DNA from: an uncultured Puniceicoccaceae bacterium
GTDB lineage: Bacteria; Verrucomicrobiota; Verrucomicrobiia; Opitutales; Oceanipulchritudinaceae
Assembly (NCBI GenBank): GCA_964403935.1
Contig: CAYOIB010000005.1
Coordinates: 1-32,000, forward strand
Length of the DNA: 32,000 nucleotides
Reading direction: 5' to 3'
Part shown: positions 26,225 to 32,000 of the stretch, piece after piece
How the letters are laid out: each line of letters opens with the position of its first letter
Numbering within the stretch: position 1 is the first letter of the stretch
Program-made: the position numbers and the translations under genes
Notes under the pieces: generated by a model
Told to the model about the DNA's origin: nothing
The model's input: only the letters and a program-made list of their open reading frames with translations
Database searches by the model: none

Positions 26225-29200
26225 ATGTCCGATTCCGATCCTGCCACTCCCTCCACTCCACAGGACCGCCTGCTTATTGATTATTCGGAACGTGTTAATT
26301 TTGCTTTCCAGCAAAACGCGATTCCAGTCATCCGGCGCCTTGAAATTCAAAATAATTCGGAGACGGATTGGCACGAGGTTACGTGTCGCATTCGAACTTA
26401 CCCGGAGTGGGCGGCGACGCATACGGAAAGAATCGCCCGTATTCCTGCCGGAACCGCCTACACCTTGTCGGATCTTCCGCTGGTATTAGACATCGGTTAT
26501 CTCACGAATCTTTCTGAGCGCGCCCGCGGGTTCATTCGTGTCACCGTATCCGCCTCGGATTCCGAGACTGGAGACAGATCCCGGGAGGATGCCAAAGACG
26601 ACGATGCGGAGGCACCGAAAGCGGGGCCGCTTCAAGTTCTGGAATACGATTACCCGGTTGATGTCTACGCACACGACGAATGGACCGGTCTCGTTACCCT
26701 GCCCGAAATCCTCGCGGCATTTGTCACACCCAATCTTTCTGTCATCGAACAACTCCTGAGCAACACCGCCCAATTGCTCGGCAAACGCACGACCTCCAGC
26801 GCGTTGGACGGTTATCAGGCGAATTCCAAAAAGCGTGTTTATGAAATCCTGGACGCGCTCTACGAGTCCGTCCGCGAACAACATATTTGCTACAGTCATC
26901 CTCCCGCGAGTTTCGAGCAGTCGGGGCAACGCATTCGCTTCGCCAACCAGATCCTGAAATCGCGGCTGGGCACTTGTCTCGATCTCTGCCTCCTGTTCGC
27001 CGGGCTCATCGAACAGGCTGGGTTGCACCCGATTGTCTTGATGCACAAAGGCCACGCTTACGCCGGTTGCTGGCTGATCGCCGATAGTTTCAGCGATCCT
27101 GCGACCGACGACTTGCAAAGCATTCGAAAACGCCAAGAGCTCGACGAACTTCTTGTCTTCGAGACCACTCTGGTTTGTGAGGACACCGGAGCCGATTTTG
27201 CCCGCGCGGTCGACGCCGCCAAAGCACACCTTTCGCTCGACGATATTTTCGACACCGCCATCGACATCCACCGCGCCCGAAGTTCCCGAATTCGCCCGCT
27301 CCCTCTTGAACGAAACGACGGCAGCGTGGATGTGCAAAAAGCTTTCGAGCGCCGGGAACATACGTCATCACCCGTTGCCATCCGCCGCCCCGAGCGCGTC
27401 TTCCGCGAAGACATCGATCTCGCGGAGCTCCCCCAAACACCCCAAGGTCGCATCGACAATTGGAAACAACGACTCCTCGATCTCACGCTCCGGAATCGTT
27501 TGCTCAATTTCAAAGAGACCAGGCAAACCGTCCCCTTGCTCTGCCCGCAGCCTGAGCACATGGAAGATGAATTGGCCGCCGACAAGAGTTTCAAAATCCT
27601 TGAACAGACGCCGATGCTCGCAGGAATGGATCCGCGCAGCCTGAGCTTGCACTCCCGGCAATCGGAAGAGGATCCACTGGTCGAGCACCTGATGAACGAG
27701 CTCCACGCAAAACGTCTGCGAAGCTCACTCACCGACAAAGAGCTCTCCCGCCGCCTGCTCGAACTCTACCGGAAGGTTCGTCTCGAAAACGAAGAAAGCG
27801 GAGCCAATACCCTTTACCTCGCCCTGGGCTTCCTCGAATGGAAACAGAACAAAGACGATGAGCGCAGCTTCCACGCCCCGATCCTGCTCATCCCCGTGCA
27901 ACTGCACCGGAAATCCGTCCAACAAGGTTTCAGCCTCCAACGCTACGACGAAGATCCCATCGTCAACGTCACCCTCCTGGAACTGCTCAAACGGGATTAC
28001 GATCTCGACGTGCCGGGTGTGAATCCACCTCCCGAAGACGAGTCCGGTGTCGATGTCGATCGCGTCTTCCGCCTCTTTCAGCACGCCGTCCGGGACATGA
28101 GGGGCTGGGAAGTCCGGCGTGAGGTCTGGCTGGCGCAATTCTCCTTCAATAAATTCCTTCTTTGGAAAGACCTCCAGGACCGGTCCGAAATCCTCTGCCG
28201 CAACGCCGTCGTCGACCACCTCATCAACAAGCCCGGCTCGCCTTTCATTGATCACTTGGAGTCCCTCGCGCCGCGCCAACTCGATGCGACCCTACGCTAC
28301 GACGAGATTTTCTGTCCCATGAGCGCGGATTCCTCCCAGCTCGCCGCCGTCGTGGCCGCATCGAAGGGCAAGAACTTCGTCATGAACGGCCCCCCCGGCA
28401 CGGGCAAGTCCCAGACCATCACAAACATTATCGCTCACTGCCTGGCTGAGGGAAAACGTGTCCTCTTTGTCGCGGAAAAACGGGCCGCGCTCGAAGTCGT
28501 GCACAACCGACTCAGCCAGATCGGACTCGGGCCCTTCTGCCTGGAGCTCCATTCCAACAAATCCGGAAAGTCCGAAGTGCTGCGTCAATTCGGCGAAGCC
28601 TTGCACTATGTCGAGCAACAGTCCGACGACGCATGGCACAACACCGCCAGGCACCTGGAAAGCTTGCGGCGCGAACTCAATGATTACGTTGCGGAACTCC
28701 ACCGCATCTATCCCGCCCATCTCAGTGCCTACCAATGTTATGCCTGGTTGATCGCTCACCCCGATCTCGCCGAATACTGCAAAGACTTCAACAGCCTCGA
28801 CCTCCCCACACCCGAAACCCACACCCGGGAACAACGCGAAGCACTTGAAGCTACCTGTGAACAGATCATGCTGCGTGGACAGGAACGCCGTCTGCCCGCG
28901 AGCGCTCGACACGGTTTGCGAACAATCACGGCAACCGACTGGACGCCCGAATGGGAAGATAGCGTGATCGCGGAAAACCGGGCACTGCAGGAAAGCCTCA
29001 CACACTTCGCGAACCTCTGGGCGCAAGTCGCACCCAAGCTCGGGGCACCCGCTGACACCGCGACCTTTTCGATGTTGGAGGCGGCCAGTGATCTCGCACA
29101 TTCGCTGCGAAACGCACCGACACTTCCGGCAGCATTTATTGGCGACGGTGAGTGGCCTGCATTCAAAGACCAAGTCGTTGCCTGGATCGCCAGCGGACGC

Positions 29201-32000
29201 GCCCGCGACACCGCTCGCGCCAACCTGGACGGTTTCGACCTCGCCCGCCTGTTTCAAACGGACACCCACACCCTGGAAAAAACCTGCGCCGCTATCGTCG
29301 AAAAAGGCGGCGTCCTGAAATCGATTAAACTCTGGCTACAACTCAAGCCTGTCCGCCAAGCTCGCCTCCAGGGTGCGTCCAAGTGGACCGCCGCCGAAGC
29401 CCCGGCATTCTTCGAAAACATCCGCCAACTCAAAGCCGAAACAGCCGTGCTCACGGAAGCCAATGAGCCCGCGACTCATCGGCTCGGCACGCATTGGAAT
29501 CACGGAGAATCCGATTGGGAGGCTCTACAGCAACTTCTCGATTACGGCGATGGATTGCACGCCTCGCTCAACGCCCTCGCCAACGGCTCCGTCGATACCC
29601 TCCTCCAACTCCGCCGCGCCGTCGGGGATCTCATCAGTGTCGGCTCCGAGTTTCTTCGCGCTGGTGCTCAACTCGAAGTTCTCTTTGCGCAACACCACAC
29701 CGCTTGGAGCACGCTCGTTGAGAACTACGTTGTTTTCAAAGAACGCGTCCAGCTCCGCGAACCCGCTGAAGCCGATCCCTTTATTTCAACGATCCAAGGC
29801 ATCTGCAAAGGCCTCGCTACAAACCGTGAACATTTGGCCAACTGGTGTCGCTGGCAAAGCAGCTATCAAGAAGCCCACCGCACCGGACTGCGCCCCTTGC
29901 TCGACGCACTTGCCCGCGAAGCACTGCCTTTGGAACGTTTCCGGGAGGCTTTTGAGTTCGCCTACCGCAACACGTTCCTCAAACGCATTCTCACCCTCTC
30001 ATCCACCTTGAGGGAGTTCTTCGGCGAAGAGCACCAGAAACGGATCGACGCCTTCAACCATTTTGACGCCCGCTACACCGACCTCACCGGAAGAGTGGTC
30101 GCGGCCCGTCTCGCCGCCCGCCTCCCCCGCGCACGAACCGAAAACTGCGCGGAAAACTCCGAACTCGGCATCCTCCAACGCGAACTCGTCAAACGCCGAC
30201 GCCACAAGCCTGTCCGCCGCCTCCTGGCCGAAACACCGGGCGTCGTTCCCGTTCTCAAACCCTGCTTTCTGATGAGTCCCCTTTCCGTCGCCCAATACCT
30301 CGACGCCGAACAAACCGACTTTGATGTGGTCGTGTTCGACGAAGCTTCCCAAATTCCAGTTTGGGATGCTGTCGGAGCGATCGCCCGCGGTAAACAAGTC
30401 ATCATCGTCGGCGACCCCAAACAGCTGCCGCCCACCAATTTCTTCAGCCGGGCTGACAATGACGATGCGTCCTACGAGGACACGGGCGAGGCCGATCTCG
30501 AAAGCATTCTCGATGAATGCCTCGGCTCCGGACTCACGATCTACAACCTTCTCTGGCACTACCGCAGCCGAAAGGAAGGCCTGATCGCGTTCTCCAATTA
30601 CCACTACTACAACAACGAACTTCACACCTTTCCCGCCCCGCACGCCGAAGAGGTCGGCGTGCGCCTTGTCCCCGTGCCAAACGGTTATTATGACAAAGGC
30701 AAATCCCGGACCAATCCCGCCGAAGCCGAAGCGATCAAGATCGAAGTGGTGCGGCGTCTCACCGATCCGGAACTCTCCGAAAAATCGATCGGTATCGTCA
30801 CCTTCAGCCAGGCACAACAAAGCCTGATCCTCGACAAACTCGACGAAGCCCGCCGTGAAACACCCGCCATTGAAGCTCACTTCAACGACGACAGGCACGA
30901 ACCGGTATTCGTCAAAAATCTCGAAAACGTCCAAGGCGACGAACGGGACGTCATCCTCTTCTCCATTTGCTACGGCCCCGATCAGGCGGGCAAACTCTCG
31001 ATGAACTTCGGCCCGCTCAATCGCGAGGGCGGTGAGCGACGGCTCAACGTCGCCGTCACCCGCGCGAAACACGATGTCGTTATTTTCTCCACCCTGCGCA
31101 GCGAGCAAATCGACCTCTCCCGCACCCGCGCCCTCGGTGCCGCTCACCTCAAAAGCTATCTGGAATACGCCGAGCGAGGTCCCGCCGCAATTGCCGGAAA
31201 CATTGAATCCGCCCAGACCACCGACTACGATTCCGTATTCGAAAAAGAAGTCGCCGGGTTTCTCCGGGGAAAAGGCTATACCGTGCATACCCAGATCGGC
31301 TGCTCCGGATACCGTGTCGACCTCGCCATCGTGCACCCCGATACTCCCGGACGTTATCGCCTCGGCATCGAGTGTGACGGTGCCACCTACCATAGTGCCG
31401 CCACCGCCCGCGACCGCGACCGCCTCCGACAATCCGTCCTCGAAGGTCTCGGCTGGCGGATTCACCGCATCTGGTCCACTGACTGGTGGCGCAATGCAAA
31501 CAATGCCCGCGACGACCTGCTCACCGAAGTTGAAGCCGCGCTGAAACAGCCGCTTCACAAAAACACTCCCAAAACGCCACCCGAACCCCAAACGCCTTTT
31601 CGATATGCCAACACCGTCGACACGGGCACCACAGTTGTCGAAGAAGCCCCGCCTCCGAAAACCGTTCGGAAGAAAAGTTACCCGAAAATCGTGCCTGTTC
31701 CCCACGGTCCGGCTGAGGTCTTTTACGAACCCAGGGGTCGCCCGATCCTTAAAACGCAGATTCAACGAATCATCGAGGCCGAAGGCCCGATCACAGTCGA
31801 CTTGATCACCCGCCGTGTCGCCCAGGAATGGGGATTCACGCGCATCGCCTCAAAAATCCGGCAGATCATCCAGGAAAATCTCCCTCGACGTTCACACGAT
31901 TCCGGAGCAAACGTCCCAACCTATTGGCCTGAATCCGTCGATCCCGGGACCTACACCTACTACCGGATCGCCGATCGCGAAGTCCGAAAATTCGAAGACG
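26225..32000 (+). CDS. Giant multidomain SF1 (Upf1-like) helicase-nuclease, 3' end beyond window (at least 1,925 aa)
   Basis: The nearest upstream in-frame stop is TGA 26192 and the first ATG is 26225. I translated the whole frame by hand and found no stop up to nt 32000. Recognisable blocks are a DUF4011-type WKQRLLDLTLRNRLLNFK and ANTLYLALGFLEW, Walker A MNGPPGTGKSQTI, motif II VVVFDEASQI, then IIVGDPKQLPPT, YRSR, VQGDERDVILFS and RRLNVAVTRAK. These are followed by a DUF559-type nuclease and a DUF3320-like tail. It is absent from the supplied ORF track. Confidence 0.92.
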   Translation, partial: MSDSDPATPSTPQDRLLIDYSERVNFAFQQNAIPVIRRLEIQNNSETDWHEVTCRIRTYPEWAATHTERIARIPAGTAYTLSDLPLVLDIGYLTNLSERARGFIRVTVSASDSETGDRSREDAKDDDAEAPKAGPLQVLEYDYPVDVYAHDEWTGLVTLPEILAAFVTPNLSVIEQLLSNTAQLLGKRTTSSALDGYQANSKKRVYEILDALYESVREQHICYSHPPASFEQSGQRIRFANQILKSRLGTCLDLCLLFAGLIEQAGLHPIVLMHKGHAYAGCWLIADSFSDPATDDLQSIRKRQELDELLVFETTLVCEDTGADFARAVDAAKAHLSLDDIFDTAIDIHRARSSRIRPLPLERNDGSVDVQKAFERREHTSSPVAIRRPERVFREDIDLAELPQTPQGRIDNWKQRLLDLTLRNRLLNFKETRQTVPLLCPQPEHMEDELAADKSFKILEQTPMLAGMDPRSLSLHSRQSEEDPLVEHLMNELHAKRLRSSLTDKELSRRLLELYRKVRLENEESGANTLYLALGFLEWKQNKDDERSFHAPILLIPVQLHRKSVQQGFSLQRYDEDPIVNVTLLELLKRDYDLDVPGVNPPPEDESGVDVDRVFRLFQHAVRDMRGWEVRREVWLAQFSFNKFLLWKDLQDRSEILCRNAVVDHLINKPGSPFIDHLESLAPRQLDATLRYDEIFCPMSADSSQLAAVVAASKGKNFVMNGPPGTGKSQTITNIIAHCLAEGKRVLFVAEKRAALEVVHNRLSQIGLGPFCLELHSNKSGKSEVLRQFGEALHYVEQQSDDAWHNTARHLESLRRELNDYVAELHRIYPAHLSAYQCYAWLIAHPDLAEYCKDFNSLDLPTPETHTREQREALEATCEQIMLRGQERRLPASARHGLRTITATDWTPEWEDSVIAENRALQESLTHFANLWAQVAPKLGAPADTATFSMLEAASDLAHSLRNAPTLPAAFIGDGEWPAFKDQVVAWIASGRARDTARANLDGFDLARLFQTDTHTLEKTCAAIVEKGGVLKSIKLWLQLKPVRQARLQGASKWTAAEAPAFFENIRQLKAETAVLTEANEPATHRLGTHWNHGESDWEALQQLLDYGDGLHASLNALANGSVDTLLQLRRAVGDLISVGSEFLRAGAQLEVLFAQHHTAWSTLVENYVVFKERVQLREPAEADPFISTIQGICKGLATNREHLANWCRWQSSYQEAHRTGLRPLLDALAREALPLERFREAFEFAYRNTFLKRILTLSSTLREFFGEEHQKRIDAFNHFDARYTDLTGRVVAARLAARLPRARTENCAENSELGILQRELVKRRRHKPVRRLLAETPGVVPVLKPCFLMSPLSVAQYLDAEQTDFDVVVFDEASQIPVWDAVGAIARGKQVIIVGDPKQLPPTNFFSRADNDDASYEDTGEADLESILDECLGSGLTIYNLLWHYRSRKEGLIAFSNYHYYNNELHTFPAPHAEEVGVRLVPVPNGYYDKGKSRTNPAEAEAIKIEVVRRLTDPELSEKSIGIVTFSQAQQSLILDKLDEARRETPAIEAHFNDDRHEPVFVKNLENVQGDERDVILFSICYGPDQAGKLSMNFGPLNREGGERRLNVAVTRAKHDVVIFSTLRSEQIDLSRTRALGAAHLKSYLEYAERGPAAIAGNIESAQTTDYDSVFEKEVAGFLRGKGYTVHTQIGCSGYRVDLAIVHPDTPGRYRLGIECDGATYHSAATARDRDRLRQSVLEGLGWRIHRIWSTDWWRNANNARDDLLTEVEAALKQPLHKNTPKTPPEPQTPFRYANTVDTGTTVVEEAPPPKTVRKKSYPKIVPVPHGPAEVFYEPRGRPILKTQIQRIIEAEGPITVDLITRRVAQEWGFTRIASKIRQIIQENLPRRSHDSGANVPTYWPESVDPGTYTYYRIADREVRKFED
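26870..27200 (+). other. Transglutaminase-like (papain-fold) core within the giant ORF
   Basis: ILKSRLGTC(251)LDLCLLFAGLIEQAGLHPIVLMHKGH(277)AYAGCWL ... ELLVFE(313)TT. The Cys codon is at 26975-26977, His at 27053-27055 and Glu at 27161-27163. The spacing resembles the Cys/His/Asp cores of transglutaminase-like domains. Confidence 0.5.
27449..28310 (+). other. DUF4011-type region of the giant ORF
   Basis: RIDNWKQRLLDLTLRNRLLNFKETRQTVPL ... ESGANTLYLALGFLEWKQ ... HAPILLIPVQL ... WLAQFSFNKFLLWKDL is the motif series characteristic of DUF4011-containing helicases. Confidence 0.7.
28319..31120 (+). other. Upf1-like SF1 helicase core (AAA_11/AAA_12-type) with a ~640-aa insert between Walker A and motif II
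   Basis: The Walker A Lys codon is at 28406-28408 (aa 728). The DE of motif II is at 30338-30343 (aa 1372-1373). C-terminal RecA-like motifs are present up to VAVTRAK. Confidence 0.85.
31238..31489 (+). other. DUF559/Vsr-like PD-(D/E)xK endonuclease module
   Basis: FEKEVAGFLRGKGYTVHTQIGCSGYRVD(1699)LAIVHP...RLGIE(1716)CD(1718)GATYHS...RDRLRQSVLEGLGWRIHRIWSTDWW. The ..VDL.. / IExDG..H pattern is that of DUF559-type restriction-endonuclease-like domains. Confidence 0.7.
31700..32000 (+). other. DUF3320-like C-terminal region (truncated by window end)
   Basis: ...ILKTQIQRIIEAEGPITVDLITRRVAQEWGFTRIASKIRQIIQENLP... resembles the winged-helix-like tail usually found after the nuclease module in DUF4011/DUF3320 helicases. 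Confidence 0.5.

Noticed and set aside
26486-29269. Chain of minus-strand ORFs (26486-27361, 27058-27738, 27725-28279, 28292-29269), plus short plus-strand off-frame ORFs
   Set aside because: All overlap the uninterrupted +2 frame, which carries clear DUF4011 and Walker A motifs. They are mutually overlapping, low-complexity and without motifs, so I treat them as antisense or off-frame shadows.
29999-31765. 588-aa minus-strand ORF, the longest listed ORF in the last 6 kb
   Set aside because: It lies exactly antisense to the helicase and nuclease motifs of the plus-strand frame. Its composition (G/V/F/D/E-rich, runs such as VVVVVV and GGGG) is typical of a shadow ORF in GC-rich DNA, and I see no recognisable motif.
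25837-32000. Possibility that the giant helicase gene lies in a recognisable genomic island or prophage
   Set aside because: No integrase, tRNA, transposase or flanking direct repeat is visible on the upstream side. Codon style looks similar to the rest of the window by eye. The downstream side is outside the window, so island status cannot be judged.

Overview
This is a GC-rich, very compact bacterial chromosomal segment with about 30 genes; several junctions overlap or are 0-20 nt apart. Most of the content is housekeeping:
- the 3' end of thiC;
- an amine-dehydrogenase-like / CrtI-like FAD oxidoreductase / FabZ-like operon;
- a sub-threshold DUF1328 gene plus a lipoprotein;
- a Pol II-like family B DNA polymerase lying behind a DASS transporter and a ThuA-like gene;
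- a hemF-hemE-hemN-hemY tetrapyrrole cluster;
- dodecin, thyA-folA, gpsA and a YraN-family gene;
- an orphan GAF-GspE/PilB ATPase, a family-4 UDG and MscS;
- a FabI-like / KASIII / haloalkane-dehalogenase-type hydrolase operon.

The stand-out is at the 3' end. From ATG 26225 one plus-strand frame stays open to nt 32000 (at least 1,925 codons). It is absent from the supplied ORF track, which lists only long antisense shadow ORFs there, presumably because the real ORF has no stop inside the window. My translation shows an N-terminal region with a transglutaminase-like Cys/His core, a DUF4011-type region, an Upf1-like SF1 helicase split by a ~640-aa insert, a DUF559/Vsr-type endonuclease module and a DUF3320-like tail. 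This single-polypeptide helicase-nuclease is the best candidate for an uncharacterised nucleic-acid surveillance or defence function.

I recognised no rRNA, tRNA, CRISPR array, transposase or integrase. All homology statements rest on motif recognition by eye; no database search was run.
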